Below, piece by piece: positions 29,094 through 38,332 of a stretch of DNA of 64,000 nt. Numbering within the stretch: the first letter of the stretch is position 1; each line of letters starts with the position of its first letter. The stretch is from Pseudobdellovibrionaceae bacterium (lineage in GTDB: Bacteria; Bdellovibrionota; Bdellovibrionia; Bdellovibrionales; UBA1609): positions 6,235 through 70,234 of the forward strand of contig JACKAN010000015.1 of the NCBI GenBank assembly GCA_020635055.1. The letters are read 5' to 3'. The position numbers and the translations under genes are program-made. The notes below the pieces were generated by a model that was given only the letters and a program-made list of their open reading frames with translations, was not told the origin of the DNA and ran no database searches.

Positions 29094-30040
29094 TTAATCA
29101 ATGTTATAGTCGAAAACCTCTTCTCGTCCTTCTCTATTTACACTTAGAGTTAGGTGATCGGAACTTTTTAAACTTTGATACATTTCCATAGCTTGTGTCG
29201 GGCTGGTTACGGGTTCATTATTTACACCCTTAATCACGTCACCAGGTTGAAATCCCAATTTAGAAAGATGCTGTCGGGTTGAATGGACACAAATCGAAAG
29301 CCATCGATGGTTCCGCCTGAGCCAGGAACAATATTGGGTACCATGCGAGCTTGTTTAAAGTGCTAGAGATCACTGGTGTATTTTTCCAAATCGTCTTTAG
29401 AAATGCAAGCGGAAATTCTCCTTCTTTTTGACTTCATCACCAGTGATGGTTGTGGGTTTTGCGCGCGGGGCTTTTAAGCCAAAATTAATTTGATTGTCCC
29501 CGGAATTTCAATGTATTCTAAACGTCGTGTGGCCAAGTTGCGGAAGATGACTTTGCGCCTTTCAATTTTAGTGATCTCGGCCAGGGATTCTATGCGCTCA
29601 CCAACTCGAAAGGATTCAGATTCATTACCACTGGATTTGTTAATGGTAGCAATGGACTTGTTGGGGTCGAGATGAACAATTGTGCCTAAAAGTTTAAGTG
29701 GTAATTTAGATAAAACGGGAGGTCCATCTAGGTTTTCCCCCTTTTTTTCACCATCAGTAAGCGGTGGTGGAATAAGGCCATCATTATTAAAAATATTTCG
29801 ATCTGTAATTTTTCGTAAATCGCTACTGGAAATGAGTTTTTGTCTCATCATTCTTTTTGGCTTTAAAGGCGGTGCTTTCTTTGGCAACATTTGTGGACGA
29901 AAGGTGAGGATATTTAAATCGGCAATAGAGTATCCAACTAAAGCACACAAAATATAAATATAAAGCCACTCAAAAGGTGGTCTTCCTGTAGGGCTTATGA
30001 TGTTTTTGAACCATTGGTTACTCGATGTCTTTAGACCCAT
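29094..30040 (-). pseudogene. gspC: type II secretion protein GspC; N-terminal 188 aa intact, PDZ domain broken by indels and a TAG
   Basis: ORF 29474-30040 holds the TM helix plus HR domain. 29094-29473 encodes a PDZ (..MVPNIVPGSGGTIDGFRFVSIQPDSIF / SKLGFQPGDVIKGVNNEPVTSPTQAMEMY..) spread over three frames with one in-frame stop. Confidence 0.75.
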
Positions 30041-30271
30041 TGAAGAAATATTAACACGTCATTATTATTACAGATATAACTAACTGAAGCCTCTGGACTT
30101 ATGGCTATCACTTATAGCAGTGATTAAATTTGCATTAGATGCGGGATGTTAATTTCTAATAAATTTATAAAATATTCAAGTTGCAATTATTTTCTGGTGC
30201 CAAATTGGGAGTCAGGTTGTAATTAACGCACATTAAGGCAGTGGGGAAAGCTTTAATGTTTGGCCTGTTAA

Positions 30272-31042
30272 TTGCTTTTTAGAAAGCATGAGTCAAAAAA
30301 GACTCTAGGGGAAAATGGGGAGGGGAATATGCGAGATGTGGTTATATTTAATGGTCTAAATGCACTAGACTTTCATGAGATTAGAGACAGTGTGATTCGA
30401 ATACCAGAAGTGAGTATTCGTGTGCGGGAAGCTCAGGGAGTATGGGACGCCTTGGGGGAGTCTAATTTTAGTTTTTTTAATTTTCTGGTTTCAGAAGATG
30501 CCACTTACTTGAGTAACATAAAAATTAAAAGTTTGGTGACATCCATTGTTCAAATTGGTTTGTATGATAGATATGTTCGAAGATTTGGCCGTCCAGAATA
30601 TATTGTGGGGAGTGTCAATGGAGATTCACCATTGCAAGTATGTATTGGGGAGACCACTTTTGAAGATATGATTCTGGATAGTCCAGTGGCAAAACCAGTG
30701 GCATCAGTTACTGAAATTTTTAGTCAGAGCAGTTCCACAGTACTTTCAGGAATCTCACTGGCTGAAACCGGAGTGTTTCAACATTTAGAAAACACAGGGA
30801 AATACCAACGTGTTTCTTCAACTAAACAGGACTTAGGAAAAATTATTTCTCATCTTATCGAGGACTGTCATGTTAAAAAATTAATTAATGTAGGTCCTGG
30901 CATTACGGCTTTGGAGCCTTTGCAAGAAAATTTAGCATTAAAAGATATTCAAATTGTAGAATCTATTGATGCTGATCCCATGTTGAATTGGTTTTGGATG
31001 GAGTTGAAGAAATCTTCCGAACAGGTTTCAATGGCCCAATAA
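30272..31042 (+). CDS. hypothetical protein (start possibly ATG at 30329)
   Basis: 256-aa ORF divergent from gspC. No confident family. Weak resemblance to the acyltransferase fold, lacking the GHSxG nucleophile. Confidence 0.5.
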   Translation: MLFRKHESKKTLGENGEGNMRDVVIFNGLNALDFHEIRDSVIRIPEVSIRVREAQGVWDALGESNFSFFNFLVSEDATYLSNIKIKSLVTSIVQIGLYDRYVRRFGRPEYIVGSVNGDSPLQVCIGETTFEDMILDSPVAKPVASVTEIFSQSSSTVLSGISLAETGVFQHLENTGKYQRVSSTKQDLGKIISHLIEDCHVKKLINVGPGITALEPLQENLALKDIQIVESIDADPMLNWFWMELKKSSEQVSMAQ

Positions 31043-31069
31043 AACTTAGATTAGAAAGTAGCATACGAT

Positions 31070-31768
31070 TTGTCAGCAGATGAGTTCAATAAAAAAAATA
31101 AAGTTTTAGTAAAGTCCCGTCTATATTTAGTCGGGACTTTGTTTTCAAAGCGACCTCACGCTCATAGTTTTTTGATAAGTTTCTCAATGGTGTCCTTGTG
31201 TTTTGTTGTTTCCTCTGTGGCCTGGAAAAATAAAAATTGGATGGAAGCACTTTCGGCCTCGCGCTATAGCGTCTTTGAAGAGCTAAAAATATGGCAGTTG
31301 CTAACGACTATTTTTATACATGCTGATGGACTTCATGTTTTGTCTAATAGTTTTATGTTGTTTATTTTTGGCTACTTTGTTTTTGGTTACTTTGGTGGGA
31401 AAGTCTTTCCCCTGTACTCCTTGATTGGAGCTGGATTAACAAATGCATTTGCGCTTTGGACTTACCCTCCACATGTGAAGCTTGTGGGCGCTTCTGGTTG
31501 GGTTTATTTTTTAGCGGGATATTGGCTTTGCATGTATTTATTTATAGAAAGACAGAGAACATTATGGGCAAGAACTTTAAGAATTTTCGGTGTAGGATTA
31601 GTGGTGTTGTTTCCTTCGAGTTTTGAAATGCAAGTGAGTTATCGTGTTCACGGAATAGGACTTTTTTTAGGAATATTGATGGGCTTTGTTTATTATTATA
31701 TTCATCGCAAACAATTTATAAATTACGAAAAATACTCTTTGGAAACTGATAGTGAATCCAATGTTTAA
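31070..31768 (+). CDS. rhomboid-family intramembrane serine protease
   Basis: Six or more TM helices with H..H..N (IHADGLHVLSNSF), the GASGWVY catalytic Ser motif and the catalytic His in HGIGLFLG. Confidence 0.85.
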   Translation: MSADEFNKKNKVLVKSRLYLVGTLFSKRPHAHSFLISFSMVSLCFVVSSVAWKNKNWMEALSASRYSVFEELKIWQLLTTIFIHADGLHVLSNSFMLFIFGYFVFGYFGGKVFPLYSLIGAGLTNAFALWTYPPHVKLVGASGWVYFLAGYWLCMYLFIERQRTLWARTLRIFGVGLVVLFPSSFEMQVSYRVHGIGLFLGILMGFVYYYIHRKQFINYEKYSLETDSESNV

Positions 31769-31910
31769 CTATTTAACTAAACCAAAAGCCTTTTGTTATA
31801 ACTTAAGAGGTTTTTGTGCAGTTCAACGACCGCACTCCATTCCTACTATTTCATTTTTAACGGATGAACGTTTTTGTTTCTAAGGCACTCTTAAGATTCA
31901 CCCAATTTAT

Positions 31911-31952
31911 AGATCTAGATCCAGATCCAGTTCCAGTTCCAGTTCCAGTTCT
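31911..31952. repeat. hexanucleotide microsatellite AG(A/T)TC(C/T) x7
   Basis: agatct agatcc agatcc agttcc agttcc agttcc agttct read directly, 170-210 nt upstream of the fibre gene. Confidence 0.85.
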
Positions 31953-32121
31953 CAGAATGAGAATCTCGAATTGAGAATTATTTTCCTCAGTTCAAAATTA
32001 ACCTTGTTACCCACAAAGTAGTAAGAGCCTAAAGTTATTACTTTATTTAAGTTTTTTTTTTCGACTCAATGTGATGCAGAAGGGACTTAAGTCTAGCTGT
32101 TAAAAATCCGAATAGTTAATC

Positions 32122-35106
32122 ATGAACAGGATGTCAGTAGTTAACCTTAATAAAAAAATACTTGCTCAAGTAAGAAGTTACTTGCAACTGCGATATTGTT
32201 CTAGCATTTCCAAGCTTTCCAACAAGATGGTTTTTTCGATGCCTATTGCCTTTGTCATTTCGTTCTTTTTACTTTCGAATGTTCATGCACAGTCACCACA
32301 GGGTCTGACATTGCAAGGAACAATTCTCAATGCCAGTGATCTTCCCCAAGAGGGAGCTTCAGTAAGCTTTGTCATTCAAATTTTATCTTCAGATGGTAAT
32401 GCCTGCTTACTTTACGAAGAGTCCCATGTTTTAAATATGACAGGCTCTCAGGGTGCTTTTTCTTTGATACTGGGCACAGGAACTCGCAGTGGAGTGAATT
32501 ATGAAGACACAAATACTCTAGCTTTAGCTATGGACAACACTTTGGGCGTACAGAGTTCACTTACTTGTGCCGTTGGAAGCACTTACGATCCAGCACCGGG
32601 AGATTCCAGAGATGTATTAATTAGTTTTAACGACGGTTCGGGAGTACAAACTCTAACACAAAATTTATTAGTTCAATCTGTGCCCTATGCTTTCTATACA
32701 GATAACACAGAAAGACTGCAAGGTAAGCTTGCAACAGATTTTATTCAAGTCAATACGGCTACAGCTTCGCTATCGCAAGTAAATATTGAAAATGTATTTT
32801 CCACTACAAATTATCCCAATTTAGTTGATTTACTTTCTGTATCTCCCACAGAGTATGTTCGCACAGGATCAAACGGTTCAGCTTCGATACCACAAATTAC
32901 TGGCAATCCTGGGTCAGGTTTAGCCGCAGGTCAAATATGGTATGACGATGCTGCCAATTTAGTAAAATATTATGATGGCACAATGGTGCAATCACTGTCG
33001 GGTTCTGGTTCTGGAGATTTAGTCTCAACAAATAACTTAAGTGATATTAGTAATGCTGCTACAGCTAGAACTAATCTAGGATTAGCTATTGGTACCAATG
33101 TACAAGCTTTCGATGCACAATTAACAGATGTGGCTGGCTTAGACCCCAGTACAACTTCTGGTTATTTACTTGGCTCGGATGGCACAAATTTAGTTATGCG
33201 CTCACCAGCCAATGCTCGAAGTGATTTAGGTTTAGGAACAGCGGCAACGAGTTCCACTGGAGATTTCTTACAAGTCACAAATAACTTAAGTGATATTAGT
33301 AATGCTGGAACAGCCAGAACTAATTTAGGATTAGCTATTGGTACCAATGTACAAGCTTTCGATGCACAATTAACAGATGTAGCTGGTTTAACCCCTACAG
33401 CAGATAATTTTGTAAGCGGTGATGGTACTAATTTAGTGATGAAAACTCCAGCGCAAGCGCGCACAAGTCTTGGACTTGGTACGGCTGCAACTAGTGCATC
33501 TGGTGATTTTTTACAAGTTACAAATAACTTAAGTGATATCGGTAGTGCCGCAACCGCACGCACTAATTTAGGTTTAGGAACCGCAGCCTTACTTTCTGAA
33601 GATTCAAATAACACATTCGCTAATGGTCAACTTGTTGCTTTTGATAGTGCAACAATGACATGCGCAGCAGGTGAATATTTAACCATTCAAGGACCAGGCC
33701 CCACTTATTCTTACACCTGCGGAACTCCATCCGCGACAGATTCCACAAAATTACCACTAGCCGGTGGCACTATGACTGGTCCTTTGGTGAATAATTCAAA
33801 TTCGGCATCTACGGCCTTAGCGATAACTCAATCCGGAGCAGGGCACGCAGCCACTTTTATGGGAGGCAATGTCGGTATTGGGACTACAACACCTAGTTAT
33901 CCTCTTTCGGTAATTGGTAATACGAATGTTTTAGGTACGTTATCTGCAACCTCAATTACTTCTTCAAACCTTTCTACTTTCAATGGTGGAGTGATTGCAA
34001 CGTTAACAAGTTCCACCTTTCCATATAGTGGTACAAGTGCCTCAATATCAAACGCAGGAACTAGAAAAGTAATGCAAATGAGCATGTCTCCAAATCCTAC
34101 AGCGGACTATACAACGAACTACTATAATGGTGATTTTTTAACTGTAGCAAGTACAGCTAATAATCAAAATTCCGGGAAATATGTAACAATTAATTCAGCA
34201 TCTACTCATACGGGAACAGGTACAGTCCTTGATATGACGGGTGGGGATTTTTCAATTACTAATTCAACGGGGACAATCACCGATGGATTTGGGTTAAAAA
34301 CCTCAATCACAAATTCAGCTACGGTAACCAATGCATACGGTCTCTATGTCGGCAATATTCAGGGAACTAACCGATATTCAATTTATAGCTCGGATAGTAA
34401 TGCTCCCTCTTTCTTCGCAGGCAACATGGGGATAGGCGTTTCTTCTCCGGCAAGACTTTTAAACGTAGCAGGACCTATTCGAGTTAATCCTGCAGCCTTA
34501 CCTGGAACTCCAGGAGCTGGTGATATCGCTATAGACAGTGGAGCAAGTAATGCCCTTAAATATTATAATGGAAGTTCATGGGTTACAGTAGGTTCGGGTA
34601 GTGGAGATTTAGTTTCAACAAATAACTTAAGTGATTTAAGCAATGCTGGAACAGCTAGAACCAATTTAGGATTAGCTATTGGTACCAATGTACAAGCTTT
34701 CGATGCTCAACTTACTGATGTAGCTGGTTTAACACCCACAGCCGATAATTTTGTAAGTGGTGATGGCACTAATTTAGTGATGAAAACTCCTGCTCAAGCG
34801 CGCACGAGTCTTGGACTTGGTACTGCAGCCACCAATGCCACTGGAGATTTCTTACAAGTTACAAATAACTTAAGTGATCTTGGTAGTGCCACAACCGCAC
34901 GCACTAATTTAGGTTTAGGAACAGCAGCCTTACTTTCTGAAGATTCAAATAACACATTCGCTAATGGTCAATTAGTAGCTTTTGATAGTGCAACAATGAC
35001 ATGCGTTGCAGGTGAATATTTAACCATTCAAGGACGAGATATTTTAAAATGTTGTGGATTAGTTATCCAGCGACAACCTTTTCGGTTTTTTTATCTTCTA
35101 CAATAA
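32122..35106 (+). CDS. tail-fibre-like surface fibre protein, N-terminal fragment (native sequence ends at 35035; last 23 codons read into IS256)
   Basis: Signal-like segment (MVFSMPIAFVISFFLLSNVHA) and five NNLSD..ARTNLGL(A/G) repeats, as in phage tail fibres. The tail ..RDILKCCGLVIQRQPFRFFYLLQ is IS-derived. Confidence 0.8.
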   Translation: MNRMSVVNLNKKILAQVRSYLQLRYCSSISKLSNKMVFSMPIAFVISFFLLSNVHAQSPQGLTLQGTILNASDLPQEGASVSFVIQILSSDGNACLLYEESHVLNMTGSQGAFSLILGTGTRSGVNYEDTNTLALAMDNTLGVQSSLTCAVGSTYDPAPGDSRDVLISFNDGSGVQTLTQNLLVQSVPYAFYTDNTERLQGKLATDFIQVNTATASLSQVNIENVFSTTNYPNLVDLLSVSPTEYVRTGSNGSASIPQITGNPGSGLAAGQIWYDDAANLVKYYDGTMVQSLSGSGSGDLVSTNNLSDISNAATARTNLGLAIGTNVQAFDAQLTDVAGLDPSTTSGYLLGSDGTNLVMRSPANARSDLGLGTAATSSTGDFLQVTNNLSDISNAGTARTNLGLAIGTNVQAFDAQLTDVAGLTPTADNFVSGDGTNLVMKTPAQARTSLGLGTAATSASGDFLQVTNNLSDIGSAATARTNLGLGTAALLSEDSNNTFANGQLVAFDSATMTCAAGEYLTIQGPGPTYSYTCGTPSATDSTKLPLAGGTMTGPLVNNSNSASTALAITQSGAGHAATFMGGNVGIGTTTPSYPLSVIGNTNVLGTLSATSITSSNLSTFNGGVIATLTSSTFPYSGTSASISNAGTRKVMQMSMSPNPTADYTTNYYNGDFLTVASTANNQNSGKYVTINSASTHTGTGTVLDMTGGDFSITNSTGTITDGFGLKTSITNSATVTNAYGLYVGNIQGTNRYSIYSSDSNAPSFFAGNMGIGVSSPARLLNVAGPIRVNPAALPGTPGAGDIAIDSGASNALKYYNGSSWVTVGSGSGDLVSTNNLSDLSNAGTARTNLGLAIGTNVQAFDAQLTDVAGLTPTADNFVSGDGTNLVMKTPAQARTSLGLGTAATNATGDFLQVTNNLSDLGSATTARTNLGLGTAALLSEDSNNTFANGQLVAFDSATMTCVAGEYLTIQGRDILKCCGLVIQRQPFRFFYLLQ

Positions 35107-36399
35107 TGCCATCCTTGTAAGCAACCCCATTTAATAGCTTTGTAAACTCTTTAACCCCACATAATCTTAGCCAGTGGCTTTCACATTGTTTTAACAACTT
35201 AAAAGTCATGGCCGTAGCAGAGTTAATACTGCCGGCACCCTTAGTTGATTTTAAACGACTCTTTACTCCAGCAAATGATGACTCTATAGGGTTACTAGTT
35301 CTTATGCTACGCCAGTGTGCTGCTGGGAAATCAAAAAAATTATTTAATTCATTCCAGTTTTTAGTTAAACAAGTAACCATCTTTGGATATTTATTTTCAT
35401 AAGCTTTTGAAAAATTATTTTTTATTTTAGTCGCTGTTTCTTTATCTGGTGCCCGCATCATTTCATGTAACTGTGATTTAATTGCTGGCTGAAGTTTTTT
35501 AGGACACTTATCTAATACATTGGCTATCTTATGTACCCAGCAACGCTGGTGTTTTGTTTTTTTAAATTCTTCTAAACTTTCAAGGGCTGACCAAAATCCT
35601 AAAGCCCCATCTGCTATAGCCAATAGAGGACAGTTTAAACCCCTGGCTATTAAAGACCTTAATACAACTAACCAGGACTCCTTAGACTCCCTGTAACCGG
35701 CTTCTACAGCTAATAATTTCTTTTCACCATCTTGAGTTACACCCATGATTACCAACAAGTTTAAACGCTTGTCTTCTCCGATTCGAATAGATACATTGAC
35801 CCCATCAGCCCAGAGGTAAACAAACTCATCTGTGATTTTACTTTTTTTCCATACCTGATACTCCTCCTCCCAGCGTCTTTTTAATTTACTAATACTTCCT
35901 GCTGAAAGGCCTTGAGAAAAATGATCCTTTAATATTTTATCAAATTTATTTGTTGAAACACCTGATAAGTAAAGTGCGGGAATTAAACTCTCTATTTTGG
36001 GGGACCGTCTTATATAAGCTGGTAATAAATTAGAGGAAAACTTAAAGCCATCACGTTTGTCATTTACTCTAGGGGTCTTGATTTCAATAGCACCAGCAGC
36101 TGTAGTGATTTTCCTAGACTTGCTGCTTCCATTTTTTACTACTAATCGGTGCCCAGAATCATCAATAAGGCTTTGATGATTATTAATATACTCCTCAACT
36201 TCCAGCTGTAAAGCTTGTTGGAGCATCTTTTTGGCCCCTTCTTTAACTACATCATCTAAGTTGATTGATTCGGATTTTTCGGTTACTATTTTTAGCATAG
36301 CAGCTCTCCTTTTGCTCATTTAATGAGCGGTTTTTAGTGAAACCTTAGGTTATGCCGCTATATTTTCTTTTTCAAATCCACAACATTCTGCAATATCTC
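35036..36399 (-). mobile_element. IS256-family insertion sequence (1364 bp) with 9-bp target site duplication
   Basis: 25-nt terminal IRs (35036-35060 and 36375-36399, 22 of 25 identical). TSD TTCAAGGAC at 35027-35035 and 36400-36408. Single transposase ORF. Confidence 0.9.
35063..36319 (-). CDS. IS256-family (Mutator-type) transposase
   Basis: 418 aa with YLWADGV (D), AIADGALG (D) and the QRCWVHKIANVLDK signature, plus NPIES..F (E) typical of IS256/MULE DDE enzymes. Confidence 0.93.
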   Translation of the reverse strand: MSKRRAAMLKIVTEKSESINLDDVVKEGAKKMLQQALQLEVEEYINNHQSLIDDSGHRLVVKNGSSKSRKITTAAGAIEIKTPRVNDKRDGFKFSSNLLPAYIRRSPKIESLIPALYLSGVSTNKFDKILKDHFSQGLSAGSISKLKRRWEEEYQVWKKSKITDEFVYLWADGVNVSIRIGEDKRLNLLVIMGVTQDGEKKLLAVEAGYRESKESWLVVLRSLIARGLNCPLLAIADGALGFWSALESLEEFKKTKHQRCWVHKIANVLDKCPKKLQPAIKSQLHEMMRAPDKETATKIKNNFSKAYENKYPKMVTCLTKNWNELNNFFDFPAAHWRSIRTSNPIESSFAGVKSRLKSTKGAGSINSATAMTFKLLKQCESHWLRLCGVKEFTKLLNGVAYKDGIIVEDKKTEKVVAG

Positions 36400-36485
36400 T
36401 TCAAGGACCAGGCCCCACTTATTCTTACACCTGTGGAACTCCATCCGCGACAGATTCCACAAAATTACCTCTCGCTGGTGGCACT

Positions 36486-38318
36486 ATGACTGGTCCTTTA
36501 GTTAATAACTCAAATTCGGCATCTACGGCCTTAGCGATAACTCAATCCGGAGCAGGATATGGCGCAACAATTGAGGGCGGCAACGTCGGTATAGGCACAT
36601 CCACTCCCTCCTCATTATTAACGATCAAAGCAGCCACTACTGGGGAGCACATGGCAATAAAGAATAGCGCTAATAACTCCGTTTTTACTTTTGGTTCAAC
36701 GGCAGCGGGAAATCATGGTTTGCTTTCGGTGAATACCGGCACAGGGGTTGAATCCGTCACGATGAGAGGAGATCATAACTCGGGAGCCTATATCTTTGTG
36801 GATGCACAAAGAAATAAACCTGATGGAGGAGCGAACGGATATGGCGCCGGTTTGGCAATCAAATCTCCATTTGTGGTGAATCAGGAGAATGGAATATTTT
36901 TTCTCAACGGACCAGTTTTGAGTGATAAAGCGGGAGCAGCAGTGACTTTCTATACCTCAGATATCGGCGACTACGGGCGAGGTGGTCTCAAATTTAAAAC
37001 AACAGCCTCAGGATCTGTGGCAACACGAATGACAATTGATCCAACAGGAAACGTTGGAATTGGAACGGCGGTGCCGACAAGTAAATTACATGTTTTCGAC
37101 GGCATAGCTGCAGCAGGTACTGCTGCTCCCTCTGTCTTGCAAGTCATCGGTGGAACAAATGCTGTCGATGCTCCAGGTGCTAATCCTGCCGGAGGCATTA
37201 TAATTTCATCGGCCAATGGAGGCGGAACCAATTTTAATTTGGGTGGAAACGTCGATATATCAGCTGGGTATGGCGGCAACGGCGGGAATGTAACTCTCTC
37301 CGCAGGAAAGTATCAAGGAGCTCTTGCTACGACTCCAAGCCAACTGACTCTTGGAGGATCTGGATCTGTGACTTCCGGAGCAGCGACTCTTGGATCGGGA
37401 TATACAAATTTTGTCGCAGCAAGCTCTGGCTCACTGAGTTTATTCACTCCGAATGCATATTCTAGCTATGGAAGGGGCGGTAACATTTCAATTATGGCAG
37501 GCAATGGTTCTACAGGGGTATCCGGAGGAGCTTCGGACTTTGGAGGAACAATTAGCATCACGGCAGGAAATGGAGGGGTTCAGCAAAATCTAGCCGGTTC
37601 TAATGTTGTCATTAACCCTGGCGCAGGTGGCGGAACAGGGGCCTCCGGAAATATTATCCTTGGTAATCTTCAAGGCAACGTCGGTGTGGGTACGACCACC
37701 CCTGGTGCGAAGCTGGATGTCACCGACACGAGCACGACAACTAGTGCGATCGTTGTTCCACGCGCAGCAAATTTTACTGGTACTAGTCTTAACGGTATGA
37801 TCCGCTACAACACATCTTCTACATTATTCGAGTTTTATCAAAACGGCACTTGGGTGAACTATACAACTGTATCGGATGGTCGCTTGAAAACAAATGTGAC
37901 CCCAGTGGATCAGGGACTTGAAATTGTGAATCAACTGAACCCAGTATTCTACGATTGGGAACGCAGCAATCCTAAAGCTTCGAGCTTTGAAAATAAACAC
38001 CAAGTGGGTTTTATTGCCCAGGAAGTTGAAGAAGTCTTACCTGAAGTTGTTAATAAAGGCGAGGACGGCTACAGGTCACTCGAGTATGGAAAGATCGTCT
38101 CCGTGGTCGTAGCGGCTGTTAAAGAGCTTTATGCGAAAGTTATGGGGCATGAAGAGAAAATCCAGGCCCAAGACCGTCAAATTGCCTCTAAAGCTGATAA
38201 AACCGAAGTGGATGCGAAGGTTCAGAAGCTTGAATCTGAAAACGAAAAACTAAAACAAGAAAATGATGCAATCAAAGCTCGCCTTGAGAAAATCGAGAAA
38301 GCCCTCAACTCAAAATAA
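36486..38318 (+). CDS. tail-fibre-like surface fibre protein, C-terminal fragment (native reading frame actually resumes at 36409)
   Basis: Gly-rich beta-helix-like repeats, then SDGRLKTNV (37872) plus FIAQEVEEVLPEVV, an S74-type intramolecular chaperone signature, then heptad coiled coil (..KLESENEKLKQENDAIKARLEKIEKAL). Confidence 0.8.
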   Translation: MTGPLVNNSNSASTALAITQSGAGYGATIEGGNVGIGTSTPSSLLTIKAATTGEHMAIKNSANNSVFTFGSTAAGNHGLLSVNTGTGVESVTMRGDHNSGAYIFVDAQRNKPDGGANGYGAGLAIKSPFVVNQENGIFFLNGPVLSDKAGAAVTFYTSDIGDYGRGGLKFKTTASGSVATRMTIDPTGNVGIGTAVPTSKLHVFDGIAAAGTAAPSVLQVIGGTNAVDAPGANPAGGIIISSANGGGTNFNLGGNVDISAGYGGNGGNVTLSAGKYQGALATTPSQLTLGGSGSVTSGAATLGSGYTNFVAASSGSLSLFTPNAYSSYGRGGNISIMAGNGSTGVSGGASDFGGTISITAGNGGVQQNLAGSNVVINPGAGGGTGASGNIILGNLQGNVGVGTTTPGAKLDVTDTSTTTSAIVVPRAANFTGTSLNGMIRYNTSSTLFEFYQNGTWVNYTTVSDGRLKTNVTPVDQGLEIVNQLNPVFYDWERSNPKASSFENKHQVGFIAQEVEEVLPEVVNKGEDGYRSLEYGKIVSVVVAAVKELYAKVMGHEEKIQAQDRQIASKADKTEVDAKVQKLESENEKLKQENDAIKARLEKIEKALNSK

Positions 38319-38332
38319 AAGGGTTTTTATCA

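Noticed and set aside
33162-33614. A 150-aa antisense ORF inside the fibre gene. Similar antisense or alternative-frame ORFs occur at 21184-21522, 21697-22059, 27396-27752, 36971-37279, 5062-5427 and 8531-8827, among others.
   Set aside because: All are embedded in strongly supported genes on the other strand or frame. They lack RBS or family signals and have repeat-driven or biased composition. Treated as spurious.
32122-38318. Whether the fibre gene marks a prophage or tailocin cluster.
   Set aside because: The flanking genes (rhomboid protease, secreted hypotheticals, cytochromes) are not phage-like. No baseplate, sheath, tube, terminase or lysis genes occur within 10 kb on either side.
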